Below, piece by piece: positions 41,225 through 50,819 of a stretch of 53,546 nucleotides of DNA. Under the pieces are notes generated by a model that saw only the letters and a program-made list of their open reading frames with translations, searched no databases and was not told the DNA's origin. The position numbers were made by a program, and so were the translations under genes. How positions within the stretch are numbered: position 1 is the first letter of the stretch; every line of letters begins with the position of its first letter. This DNA comes from a virus (Duplodnaviria > Caudoviricetes), in IMG/VR virus record IMGVR_UViG_3300032164_000019, positions 1 through 53,546 of that record; one strand, 5' to 3'.

Positions 41225-42322
41225 TTATGTTAAAACGTCTTCCAATTTTTCTGTAGCTATTCTATAGAATCCTTCACGAATAGATTTAACTAGACCTTTT
41301 CTCATTGAAAATAGAACACCGGAAAATCTTACATGCTTAACCTTAAAAGCAAAATCCTTTTGCAATTCAATAGAAGAATATTGGTTATAAAACTCCTCAT
41401 ACTCAGCAACTAAAATATCAATATTCCGTTCTAATTCTCTCATTTCCTCCAAATACTCCGGAAAATAAGATAATAACTCAGATTTTTCACCAAGCTTAAT
41501 CAAATCAATCATACGTCTGGTAGAAAAACCATCTTTCATATGATGAATCAAAACATATTTAGGACACTTAACCTTTATACGATTAAACTTATCATCCACT
41601 ATTACAAATCCCTCTTGCTGTAGAGGATTTAATTTGGAGGCCGCTAAAATAACATTAGATAAATTTCTAACAGAATAAGACCTAACAAAAAGGAATTCAT
41701 CAAAAATACATTTATCTAAATTTAATTCCTGAAAATTATTATTATTTCTTACTCCTATTAATACCAGAGAATTATCTTTTTGTTCCACGACCACACGGTT
41801 AAATGGAGACATAAGCTCAAACATATAGGTACAACATGGGATTAATTTACCGGAACTATATGTTAAATCCATAAAAGTTTTCCAAAATAATTCGGCAAAT
41901 GTAAAATCGTAATTACCAACATTCCCGCAAGCATTAGGAGAATTACGAGTAGCAACTTGCCACTTATCAGCATAAAAATAAACGATCATTAAAGATCCAT
42001 CAAACTTTTCTTGAATCCTAGCTGTACTCCAATCAATTTCATAATTGAAATTTTCACCAGCATTACAAAATCTATTAAATGGATATGCAACTACTTCCCA
42101 ATTTTTGTTGGAATTAAGGATAATACCACGACACTCCATAACTATAGGATGGTTTTTATGGTTTGAAGATTCAATCATATCATAATTAAATTGATATAAT
42201 TCAGGATAATCCGGATGTTTCTTAGCATATACACCAAGTTCTTCTAAATCTTTTAGAGCATCTTCTATAGGTTTACTCCGAAGAAAATATTGTATATTTA
42301 GGTTATTCATAATATTATCCAA
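41225..42322 (-). CDS. rnlA: T4 RNA ligase 1
   Basis: ECRGII, YPFNRF.N, EKFDGS, FELMSP.NRVV, EGFV...RIKVK..YV..H. Confidence 0.9.
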   Translation of the reverse strand: MDNIMNNLNIQYFLRSKPIEDALKDLEELGVYAKKHPDYPELYQFNYDMIESSNHKNHPIVMECRGIILNSNKNWEVVAYPFNRFCNAGENFNYEIDWSTARIQEKFDGSLMIVYFYADKWQVATRNSPNACGNVGNYDFTFAELFWKTFMDLTYSSGKLIPCCTYMFELMSPFNRVVVEQKDNSLVLIGVRNNNNFQELNLDKCIFDEFLFVRSYSVRNLSNVILAASKLNPLQQEGFVIVDDKFNRIKVKCPKYVLIHHMKDGFSTRRMIDLIKLGEKSELLSYFPEYLEEMRELERNIDILVAEYEEFYNQYSSIELQKDFAFKVKHVRFSGVLFSMRKGLVKSIREGFYRIATEKLEDVLT

Positions 42323-42704
42323 ATTTTGCTTTCAGGCGAATATATTCTTCTTTATCGTGTTCTTCTCTTCGCCTAATATGTTCAAGGCTTTCTTGATTCT
42401 CTCGTTTTTGTTTTTCAATTTCCTTTTTAAGCCTGTCACGTTCGACTTTTTCAATAGTAAAACGCCGCAAATCACCATCTTCTGTATTTAATTGTTCCAA
42501 CGTAACAATAACTTGTTTATATTCGATTTCTTGGTACAAACAACAAGTACCGTTAACCATCGAATCACCATTGTTACTTATGTCTACTTCATCGATATCC
42601 CAACTATAACTACTATAAATCACATCCATTATAATTTTCCCTTTAAATTTAATGGTATCTAGGATATCTCTAGTTTTCAATACATCTTCGAGTGTTATGT
42701 TCAT
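42315..42704 (-). CDS. hypothetical protein
   Basis: 129 aa with a coiled-coil C-terminus; leaderless promoter upstream. Confidence 0.65.
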   Translation of the reverse strand: MNITLEDVLKTRDILDTIKFKGKIIMDVIYSSYSWDIDEVDISNNGDSMVNGTCCLYQEIEYKQVIVTLEQLNTEDGDLRRFTIEKVERDRLKKEIEKQKRENQESLEHIRRREEHDKEEYIRLKAKFG

Positions 42705-42710
42705 AATTCT

Positions 42711-42739
42711 ATTATATCATTTTCCCGAAAGATATTCAA
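42711..42739 (-). promoter_or_regulatory. sigma70 promoter, leaderless spacing
   Basis: TTGAAT-17 nt-TATAAT-6 nt-ATG. Confidence 0.7.
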
Positions 42740-42890
42740 GTATTTTTATTCTTGTTATTAAGTCCAATTTCTTTAAAGTATCATTAGCTTCTTCGGAAGA
42801 TAAATGTGGTAAATTTCCTCTATCTCTAACATGATTCCATCTAGATACTTCATCTTCATTTAATTCTCTGGGTAATATTTCCGTAACCAT
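42717..42890 (-). CDS. 57-aa hypothetical protein
   Basis: MVTEILPRELNEDEVSRW...LEYLSGK* fills the gap. Confidence 0.45.
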   Translation of the reverse strand: MVTEILPRELNEDEVSRWNHVRDRGNLPHLSSEEANDTLKKLDLITRIKILEYLSGK

Positions 42891-44059
42891 TCTAAATTTG
42901 TCCTATTGGGATTTATGTTATACCATCCTTTGTCCCAAAGGCCGTACAACATTTCAAAATATTCCTGATACATTAATTTAACCCGATCAATACTATAATT
43001 ATTAACAGCCCATTCTCGAATTTTTGTTGTATCCAATTTGTGGACATTTTTAGCTGCCCACACATATTGCTCCAAAGTTCTACAACGATATCCAGTTACA
43101 CCATGAATTACTGTTTCAGGAAATACTCCATGATCGGTGCTAATAACAGGAGTTCCACACATTTGAGCTTCCACATTAACACCACCAAAAGGTTCTAGAT
43201 AATCTGTAGGAACCAATACCGCCCGAGCTTCGCCCATCATTTTAGCTCTAGCAGGAACATCCAAAAGTCCAACATGATAAATATTTTTTCCTGTGAATGT
43301 TAATCCTTCTTCGGATTTAATATAACCATCACCTTGTTCTTTACATCCCTGGCCAGCTAGAAATAATTTCATCCCACTATAATTGGAAATATCAACTGCG
43401 GCCTGAATCCCCTTACGTTTAATTAATCTACCAATATAAAGCAAATAATTCTTTTTATTCTCTTTAGGTGTCATCGGAAAATCTAATGGATCAAAATAAT
43501 TAGGAATCACGGCATCATAATATCTACCGTCAATGATCTTAGCCATACCGTAAACATTATGCATCCAAGCGTATGATTCGAATACACAAAACCTTGAAAA
43601 TATTCCCGGATATCCTACTCCATATTCAACAACATGGACATCATGCTTCATATTGTTCTTTGAAGTAAATTCCTGTACTTGATCTGCTATTGGTTTATGA
43701 CATGTTCCACCTATCAAACATAAGAAATCTTTTGCCTGTTTACGTTTATTGATAGCGGCCGCTGCACTATTATTACTAGCAACCCAATAAGGTAAATTTG
43801 GATCCCAGTCAATTTTAAATCCTTTTGTTCTCCAATCAGTATCATTAATTAATTCGATTTGTTCATCCCGGCTAATAACGGTAATATGTTCATCACAATC
43901 CACAATACTACCATTTGTTCCGTAATGAAAAACAGTATGACCCAAACTCTTCATCATCTTACAGAAATTTAAAACTTTCTGGGTGTAAGCACAAGCGCAA
44001 AATTCTTTTGAAGTTACGGTGTGTGGTAAAGCTACTACATGAAATCTAAAGTTTTGCAT
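42860..44059 (-). CDS. GT-B glycosyltransferase (GT4-like)
   Basis: YLLYIGRL..RKG, EPFGGVNVEAQMCGTPVI..D.G...E.V.HG.TG. Confidence 0.88.
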   Translation of the reverse strand: MQNFRFHVVALPHTVTSKEFCACAYTQKVLNFCKMMKSLGHTVFHYGTNGSIVDCDEHITVISRDEQIELINDTDWRTKGFKIDWDPNLPYWVASNNSAAAAINKRKQAKDFLCLIGGTCHKPIADQVQEFTSKNNMKHDVHVVEYGVGYPGIFSRFCVFESYAWMHNVYGMAKIIDGRYYDAVIPNYFDPLDFPMTPKENKKNYLLYIGRLIKRKGIQAAVDISNYSGMKLFLAGQGCKEQGDGYIKSEEGLTFTGKNIYHVGLLDVPARAKMMGEARAVLVPTDYLEPFGGVNVEAQMCGTPVISTDHGVFPETVIHGVTGYRCRTLEQYVWAAKNVHKLDTTKIREWAVNNYSIDRVKLMYQEYFEMLYGLWDKGWYNINPNRTNLEWLRKYYPEN

Positions 44060-44375
44060 AATTACTATTTTGGAATCTTTCTTCTATTATTAAATTTTCT
44101 TCAGGATTCAAATACTCAACTTCCCAATTTCTTTGTTGTACTAATAGGTGGCCAGAATGAATAAGAGGAAAAATAAGATCTTTACTAAATGTTTCACCAG
44201 AAGAACAAAAATTATCTCGGACAATTATTAATCTTTCGTCTATTATGTGGATCGGTGTGGACGGAACTACAACATATCTAACGTACTTAGCATAATATTC
44301 AAAATCGGTCTTGGTATCTCGCACTTTGAACCATCGGTTTGGTTCTAATTCAGATCTATAAATATGAATAGACAT
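44046..44375 (-). CDS. hypothetical protein
   Basis: 109 aa; TTGACT-17 nt-TATAAT-6 nt-ATG promoter at 44382-44410. Confidence 0.65.
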   Translation of the reverse strand: MSIHIYRSELEPNRWFKVRDTKTDFEYYAKYVRYVVVPSTPIHIIDERLIIVRDNFCSSGETFSKDLIFPLIHSGHLLVQQRNWEVEYLNPEENLIIEERFQNSNYAKL

Positions 44376-44392
44376 ACTTATATTATACTACG

Positions 44393-45118
44393 ATGCTTAA
44401 ACTAAGTCAATATATCCTCTTTTTATTTTTTCTACTACCTGCATTCGGTCAACCCATCATAAAAATTAATACTGGTGGGGCACCTATAATAGACCAATAT
44501 ACTTGGACGAACGACAAGTATTATAGTGGTGGGACATTCTTTAAATCAACAAATATATTACCTCTTAATACATCCGCAATTTATCAAGATGTTCGATATG
44601 GTACATTATTTAATTATAGGATACCACTCCCTAATGGTAAGTATAACGTTATTTTAAAATTTATTGAAGTTGTAGAATCCGCTACAGACAGAAAATTCGA
44701 CGTATCTATTAATGGAATAAAATATATGACCGATTATAACATTTTATCTGATGTTGGTTTTAATATTCCTATAGATAAATCCTTTATTGTAACCACAGAA
44801 AATATGAACGGATTAAATATAGAATTTAAATCTTCGGTTCGATCTGCTATTATTGCTGGAATAGAAATAGATCAAGTTCCAATAGATCTACTATGTAATG
44901 TAAGAATTAAATCCTTAATATATAATTTAACAACCGTACAAATGTCCTTCGATATTAGCGATTCGACGGTTAATGTAGCATCCGTACTAGTGTTTCGTAA
45001 TGGATTATTGATGGCAAATACTATCGATTATTATTGGGAAACACCACTAAAAATAACATTTTATGCTATCCAACAATTAGAAATCGAAGATATCATAACC
45101 ATAGTTTATTTGTATTGA
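44393..45118 (+). CDS. secreted malectin-domain protein
   Basis: Signal peptide; INTGG...W..D.YYSGG...YQ.VRYG..FNY.IPLPNGKY.V.LKF.E...RKFDVSING; TATAAATA at 44357-44364. Confidence 0.8.
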   Translation: MLKLSQYILFLFFLLPAFGQPIIKINTGGAPIIDQYTWTNDKYYSGGTFFKSTNILPLNTSAIYQDVRYGTLFNYRIPLPNGKYNVILKFIEVVESATDRKFDVSINGIKYMTDYNILSDVGFNIPIDKSFIVTTENMNGLNIEFKSSVRSAIIAGIEIDQVPIDLLCNVRIKSLIYNLTTVQMSFDISDSTVNVASVLVFRNGLLMANTIDYYWETPLKITFYAIQQLEIEDIITIVYLY

Positions 45119-45648
45119 TCCATTATCCATTTACAAATAAAATAAGCATCAACTATATCGGTTGTTGGACTACCTAATTTCCGTTTTGGTTGAATTATTT
45201 CTTTTATATCTAATTCAGTATCCTGCAACCACGCTTCATACATTTTTTCCTTTGTTGCTGTTCCTTTTCCTGTTGCAAATTTTTTAATAGTTTGCGGAGG
45301 AACCAACCTAATAGGTATGTGTTTTACCCACAATTTATGTTTTAATAATCCTCCATTTTCACCTATGTTGAAAACAGCACGACCGGTAGATCCAAATGAG
45401 TAACCTTCTATTGCAACCATGCAATCATTAACACATTCTAATGCCCAATTAGAGATTTTATCATATCTTTCCTCATTACAATACCAAGATCCGTGTGTTA
45501 AAAAATTAAATTGACCATTTGATTCGAATGGTGCGATAATACGTTCGGATAAACTATAAAATTTGCATTTATCAAAACTGAATGTTTTACCAGAACATGT
45601 ACATATGGCAGGACTTGTTATCGAATAATCTATAGCCGCGTAGTTCAT
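45106..45648 (-). CDS. RuvC-like Holliday junction resolvase
   Basis: AIDYSITSP, IEGYSFGS..AVFNIGENGGLLK, P..IKKFATGKG.A.K, DIVDAY. Confidence 0.8.
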   Translation of the reverse strand: MNYAAIDYSITSPAICTCSGKTFSFDKCKFYSLSERIIAPFESNGQFNFLTHGSWYCNEERYDKISNWALECVNDCMVAIEGYSFGSTGRAVFNIGENGGLLKHKLWVKHIPIRLVPPQTIKKFATGKGTATKEKMYEAWLQDTELDIKEIIQPKRKLGSPTTDIVDAYFICKWIMDQYK

Positions 45649-45654
45649 AAAAAT

Positions 45655-45700
45655 CCTCTGGGTCCCTATTCAATATTTGTTGGACCCAGAGGTATTTAGG
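45655..45700 (-). promoter_or_regulatory. 11-bp RBS-sequestering hairpin with abutting late-promoter-like CCTAAATA
   Basis: CCTAAATA-CCTCTGGGTCC-16 nt-GGACCCAGAGG-ATTTTT-ATG. Confidence 0.65.
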
Positions 45701-45774
45701 CCTCGCTTTATTTCTCTTATTTTATAGGCATTTACACCAATTAATTATATGTTCTAATATTTGAGACCTACTAC

Positions 45775-45782
45775 TATTTATA
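45775..45782 (-). promoter_or_regulatory. late promoter TATAAATA
   Basis: Exact consensus just after the nrdJ stop. Confidence 0.6.
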
Positions 45783-45785
45783 ACA

Positions 45786-47714
45786 TCAATGCAGTTCACA
45801 ACTACTGGAGGTACAACTTAATTCCTTATTAAGTTTAGTCCTATCATCCTTTTCATATTTTACAATCTGAGACCAATCGACTTCCTTCGGCATTTCAGAT
45901 AAGAGTTTATTATATTCCTCTTCATTTACTTCTTGATAAGGAGCTTGTTTATATGATCCACCATCATAAGGTAAAAAAGATAGACCTCCTATAATTTCAA
46001 AATTTTCATATACCCACGACGCAACTTTAAGCCATTCATTTTCTTTCACATAGATGGTATTACTAATGTTATGTTCTGCCCAACCCGTTTTAAATTTCTT
46101 CCATAAATCCAATTGCATAATACAATCAAAATCATCACGAAAAATAGCATTCGGTGGAGATTTTATAGGGAAAGAAAATATTAAAGTATTTTGGGGTTTT
46201 AATACACAATCTTCGTGTGGAAACCCTTGATCTATCATTAATTGGGATAATGGATCTTTTTTATCCATCCTAACCGTTCTCTTATAATAAAGAGAATAAC
46301 GCGGATGAATGCCACTAGAAGAATTGGATAATTGTGAAACATTCCCCGATGGTTTTATGGTAGTTACAGCCGCGGCAGGAGAAATACCTAAAATTTCAGC
46401 CCACTCTTCATTAGCTTTTATAGCAACATCCTTTAAATCTAATAAAGTTTCTACTGGACAACCAACTAGAAAAGGATTATCCATAATACCGGTTAACGAA
46501 ACCCCCAATAGTCTCTCCTCTTCACAATTTTTCTGCCATATTTTCCTAAGATATTTAAATTTGGTTAATGTGGATTGTAATGTTCCTAAAAAAGAAGCTA
46601 TTTGGATCTTTTCGGATAAACTATTATAATCATCTTCTTCTCGGACAATAACTTCAGACAAATTACAGAATGAATTAGATCGAAGCAAAATTTCGGAACA
46701 CGGATTTACACCAGCCACTTTACTCCAATCGCGTCTATCATTATTAAACTTCAATCCGGAAAAATTAATTATACCCCTTTCACCACTATTACTCCTATAA
46801 ATTGACATCCATTCCTCAATAAATTTACCAACTTCAGGTTTTTTATAATAAACGGCAGAATTATTTGCATAAGCTCTTTGAGGATTTTGTTCCCACCAAT
46901 TACCGGATTTAGCATAACGCATTATATTATCTTCTAAATCCGATAAAGATATTAGCGCGGCTCTACGAGTCCCACCAGACTCCGCGATTAATCCAATCTT
47001 ACAAACAATATCATGACACTCTAATGAAGTTAATTTTCTTCCTACGGCTTTTTTGAATGTACTAACCACAAAATTAAACATATCAACTAATGGTTCTGGT
47101 CCGGAGGCTCTTCCACCAAAAGTCTTTAATATTGCTCCATATGGACGAACTTTTTCTACATTCCATTGTGGTATTTTACCGGCATATAATAAAGTAATTA
47201 ATTCCCTTAATGCGGATGCCCATCCAATTTTTGAATCACCAACTCCAATAACAGTATCAGTAGGATATAATTCGGATTGTATCTCTGGTAATTTAGAAAT
47301 ATGTTTTTCTTCAACAGAAAACCCCACGCCTGTCCCACAACACGATAAATAAAGTATTTCATCAAAAGCATGAGGATGGTCTATAGCTAGGAACGAGCAA
47401 TTGTACCCAGCAACCTGGTGCTTCCTTAAAGCTTCTCCAGCACTTTTTAATGCTCTCATGGAAGGTACAACTTTTAACTTTAATATAGCGTCCCTAGATT
47501 TATCTATCCAAATATTAAACTTTTTCTCATTACTATCCAACTCATAACCACTTAAAATGTGTTCTTTAAAAAATCCTATATACCTATCTACAGTCTCCTC
47601 CCAAGTTTCTCTACGTCCTAATTCTTCTCTCCAACGAGAGTATTTACTTAAATGTATAAAATTGGAATAATCCGTTGGCAAATAACCTTGTACATCTGTT
47701 GGTAAACCTACCAT
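45786..47714 (-). CDS. nrdJ: class II (B12-dependent) ribonucleotide reductase
   Basis: RRETWEETVDRY, PSMRAL, YNCSF, GGRASGP, NPCSEI, CNLSE, TTIKPSG, C-terminal CxxxxC. Confidence 0.93.
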   Translation of the reverse strand: MVGLPTDVQGYLPTDYSNFIHLSKYSRWREELGRRETWEETVDRYIGFFKEHILSGYELDSNEKKFNIWIDKSRDAILKLKVVPSMRALKSAGEALRKHQVAGYNCSFLAIDHPHAFDEILYLSCCGTGVGFSVEEKHISKLPEIQSELYPTDTVIGVGDSKIGWASALRELITLLYAGKIPQWNVEKVRPYGAILKTFGGRASGPEPLVDMFNFVVSTFKKAVGRKLTSLECHDIVCKIGLIAESGGTRRAALISLSDLEDNIMRYAKSGNWWEQNPQRAYANNSAVYYKKPEVGKFIEEWMSIYRSNSGERGIINFSGLKFNNDRRDWSKVAGVNPCSEILLRSNSFCNLSEVIVREEDDYNSLSEKIQIASFLGTLQSTLTKFKYLRKIWQKNCEEERLLGVSLTGIMDNPFLVGCPVETLLDLKDVAIKANEEWAEILGISPAAAVTTIKPSGNVSQLSNSSSGIHPRYSLYYKRTVRMDKKDPLSQLMIDQGFPHEDCVLKPQNTLIFSFPIKSPPNAIFRDDFDCIMQLDLWKKFKTGWAEHNISNTIYVKENEWLKVASWVYENFEIIGGLSFLPYDGGSYKQAPYQEVNEEEYNKLLSEMPKEVDWSQIVKYEKDDRTKLNKELSCTSSSCELH

Positions 47715-48623
47715 CTATTCTCCTGATATTTTTGTGATATATTCTGGTACAGATCGCTGTCTTAAATTACGTATAAACTCCTTCATTTCTTCATATTCTC
47801 GTTTTGACATCTCATAATCTTCCGCTTCTCCTATAATGCCAAACGTATCATTATCGGATAACATTTGTATATCCATACGAGATAAGGTCCTACTAAGAAG
47901 TACATAATCCTGAAATGCTTCTGAGCTTAATGGGAAATAAGCTTTCACAAAATCATACATTGCCTCAGCATAATCCCGAATTTCCACTTGCGCGTGGAGA
48001 TCTAAACGAAGCTTTAAAAGATGGAATAAATTATGGAGATCCATTTTCCAATAACATTCGGTATAATTAGCTACAGGTAAAACCACCCTAGCCAACTCTT
48101 TAGTAAGGCCTTCTGTAAATTTAGAATTAGGATATCCTAAAAGGTCGGTGTACATGGTATATGAAGTCATACATGAGGTATCAATACGATTACGCATACT
48201 CTCTTTATACTTATCATGCCATTTTGCATCAGAACGACCTTGCTTATTCGTATCACTCTGAGGTTGTATATACTCCAATTCCGGTAAATAAAACTCATCA
48301 GACATTACCGAAAACCGGCCACTCATTTCATTTACCGAGGCCATCCTATGCCTAATTAATTGACGCATAACGAATATAGGAAGTTTAATATGGAATTTCA
48401 AAACCGCCATTTCGAAAACTGATGTATGGCGGTGTCTCATCATATAACGAATTAAATTCCTATCTTTTTCCTTCGAATATATTTTTTCATTATTTCCATA
48501 TGATACCCGGGCTGATTCGCATATTGTTTTATCAGACCCCATATATTCAATAAGTCCTACAAATCCAGCATTATGTACTAGTGTATAAAGTGGATTATCT
48601 TTAACTTGCTCTTGTGTTGTCAT
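47715..48623 (-). CDS. thyX: flavin-dependent thymidylate synthase
   Basis: ARVSY, H.SVFE, RQLIRHR.AS.NE.SGR, ELARVVLP, LRLD.HAQ.EIR. Confidence 0.95.
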   Translation of the reverse strand: MTTQEQVKDNPLYTLVHNAGFVGLIEYMGSDKTICESARVSYGNNEKIYSKEKDRNLIRYMMRHRHTSVFEMAVLKFHIKLPIFVMRQLIRHRMASVNEMSGRFSVMSDEFYLPELEYIQPQSDTNKQGRSDAKWHDKYKESMRNRIDTSCMTSYTMYTDLLGYPNSKFTEGLTKELARVVLPVANYTECYWKMDLHNLFHLLKLRLDLHAQVEIRDYAEAMYDFVKAYFPLSSEAFQDYVLLSRTLSRMDIQMLSDNDTFGIIGEAEDYEMSKREYEEMKEFIRNLRQRSVPEYITKISGE

Positions 48624-48634
48624 TTCGTAAATCC

Positions 48635-49207
48635 TTATCTTCCTGTAGCTGAAGGATCATAATGTAATATCCTATATAAAATTCCTTTCGAATCTACAAC
48701 ATATCCATCTGGTACATTTTCGATATTAGTAGAATCTAAAGTGGATTTATCTCCATCCACATTTGTCTCTGTAATAGCTCGAATAGTATATATTGGTACA
48801 TTCCAAGCCGGAAGATCATTTAATTCCGGAAGATGATCTTGAAAATGCGCTACGGCCATTAAATTCCAAATAGCCTGAACAATATGATCCTCTTCCTTTT
48901 TACCCAACATATATTTACTAATATGGCGTAATGTACTGTTTAAAAGGCGGCTAAATTTCATTCCTTTTTCCCAATTTCTTTCCCCATAAGCTTTGGCACC
49001 TCTTTCATATACCAAAGCCAATCTTGCAATTGGTCCAGGAGGAATTAAATCAAATCTGCCACGACCTTCTTGACTATCTCTTTGCGCACCAGTCGGCATT
49101 TGTTCCGTTTTTCCACTCACTTCTACAGTATAAGGATATGATCCTGTAGTATCTATAGGATCGCTTGCATAACTATCAAAAGGTATATTATTCACACTTT
49201 TCTCCAA
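48635..49207 (-). CDS. dATP/dGTP diphosphohydrolase-domain (DUF5664-like) protein
   Basis: TGA.RD..GRGRFDLIP...GA.AYGERNWEKG...S..RH...EDH...A.WN. Confidence 0.8.
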   Translation of the reverse strand: MEKSVNNIPFDSYASDPIDTTGSYPYTVEVSGKTEQMPTGAQRDSQEGRGRFDLIPPGPIARLALVYERGAKAYGERNWEKGMKFSRLLNSTLRHISKYMLGKKEEDHIVQAIWNLMAVAHFQDHLPELNDLPAWNVPIYTIRAITETNVDGDKSTLDSTNIENVPDGYVVDSKGILYRILHYDPSATGR

Positions 49208-50214
49208 TTTTCTAATTTCAACTTCGCTTTCAAACCATCAAACGTGTTAGAATTTATAATACGCAATATTTCCTTAGGTGGAAACCCACAAATGACCATA
49301 TCGTTTATATCCTTTAAAGCCAGATACGTGGGCCAAATACACACTTTAAATCCTAAACCAATAAACTTTTCCATCCTATGAATTATTTCGATATTTCTAG
49401 GTTCGTTATCATATATAATAGTCATCCTATCTTTCAATTGTATGATCTTAGGTAAATCGGATCCTCCGGCCGCTATACAATTGGATATGAAAAGCGAATC
49501 AAAAACTCCTTCAACCACATAGATATGCCTTTTTACATCTAACCTATCTAATCCGAATATTTTCGGAGCACCTCTATCAACCTTAATCGTAATGTACCGG
49601 AGTTCGTTATTTGATAATGTTCTTCCCTGAACAGCTATCAAATTACCTTTGGACCCAATAAATGGTATAACTAAACGCATATCCAACGCCTTCAATTGAT
49701 ATTCGTTATTAGGAACCAATAAATCTATAAACCCTTTAAAATCATTGGTATAATATAACGAGGAGTAAAATTTTTCTGGTATTTTTCGATAGACCACGTA
49801 CTCATATGCAAAATGTTGAGGACTTAATTCGGAAATAGATTCTAAACCTTCTACAATATCAATTGGAGAATATACGTCAAAATTTCTGACAGGTTGTTTA
49901 ATTTGCTCAGGTTTTTCATAATTGGAATGCTTATTTTCTCCACCTTTAAATCTCTCCGTAATATATTCTCTATGGAGAGAAACGTCTAATTCTTTTATAA
50001 AATTAGATAATGTAAGCCCTTTTCCACAATTATGACAAATAAAAAACATATCGACATTTTTCTTATAGAAAAATCCCCGGCATTTGTTTTTATTTTTCTT
50101 ACTGTCACCACAGATAGGACAACGGAAATTATACAGATAGTCTCGTTTTTTCTGAAATTTTTCCAACCGAGAAGAAATAAGACCGATGTATTTAGAATCT
50201 ATGTGTAAACTCAT
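49192..50214 (-). CDS. DNA primase gp61
   Basis: NFRCPICGDS...CHNCG zinc finger; QGR; VVEG.FDS; DNEPRN; KDINDM. Likely start ATG 50214. Confidence 0.93.
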   Translation of the reverse strand: MSLHIDSKYIGLISSRLEKFQKKRDYLYNFRCPICGDSKKNKNKCRGFFYKKNVDMFFICHNCGKGLTLSNFIKELDVSLHREYITERFKGGENKHSNYEKPEQIKQPVRNFDVYSPIDIVEGLESISELSPQHFAYEYVVYRKIPEKFYSSLYYTNDFKGFIDLLVPNNEYQLKALDMRLVIPFIGSKGNLIAVQGRTLSNNELRYITIKVDRGAPKIFGLDRLDVKRHIYVVEGVFDSLFISNCIAAGGSDLPKIIQLKDRMTIIYDNEPRNIEIIHRMEKFIGLGFKVCIWPTYLALKDINDMVICGFPPKEILRIINSNTFDGLKAKLKLENWRKV

Positions 50215-50304
50215 AATAAATGTACTACCATTATAACACAAACGAATATTAAATGCAACTATCCAGTACGAGATTTTTTATTCCAAATACCGGGTCATTA
50301 ATGT

Positions 50305-50772
50305 TTATTTCACTACCTTCGATATAAAATCTAAAATTACTGCCACCAGTCCACTTATAGCACCAATTGCAGCAAGAACGAATGTGATATTAAGCGATGC
50401 CTGTGATGCTTTACCTTTTAATTCAGCCCTGCTTTCACGTAATATACGCAAATCCGAATCAACAACTTTTTGATATGCACTGTGTTCCGCTTTAGTAAAA
50501 AACCCAGATGCTTGATCCTGCAATGCAGCACCGAATTCGTTCATTCCTTCTAGACGTTTTTCTATGCTTAATACAGTGGCAACTGTAGATTTTTCTAATG
50601 CCAATGCAGCGGCAGCGGTAGATCTTTCTAATGCCAATGCAGCGGCAGAGGTAGATTTTTCTAATGCCAATTCAGTGGCAAATATTCGGTCTTTAACTCC
50701 ATTTAGTTTGGAATCAAATAGCTTTTCTAATGCGTCGAGATCTTTTTGTTCTATTATATTGGTTTCTGACAT
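50305..50772 (-). CDS. coiled-coil protein with C-terminal transmembrane helix
   Basis: Internal 11-aa repeats, hydrophobic C-terminus, AAGGA RBS. Confidence 0.65.
   Translation of the reverse strand: MSETNIIEQKDLDALEKLFDSKLNGVKDRIFATELALEKSTSAAALALERSTAAAALALEKSTVATVLSIEKRLEGMNEFGAALQDQASGFFTKAEHSAYQKVVDSDLRILRESRAELKGKASQASLNITFVLAAIGAISGLVAVILDFISKVVK
50585..50680. repeat. three 33-bp tandem repeats (LALE(K/R)ST(S/A)AAA)
   Basis: GTAGAT(T/C)TTTCTAATGCCAAT units at 50585, 50618 and 50651. Confidence 0.85.
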
Positions 50773-50819
50773 AACGATCCTTTTACAGCCACTATATCAT
50801 AAACAAATATTAGATGTAA

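Noticed and set aside
45786-47714. Intein or intron in nrdJ
   Set aside because: Length and motif spacing look uninterrupted.
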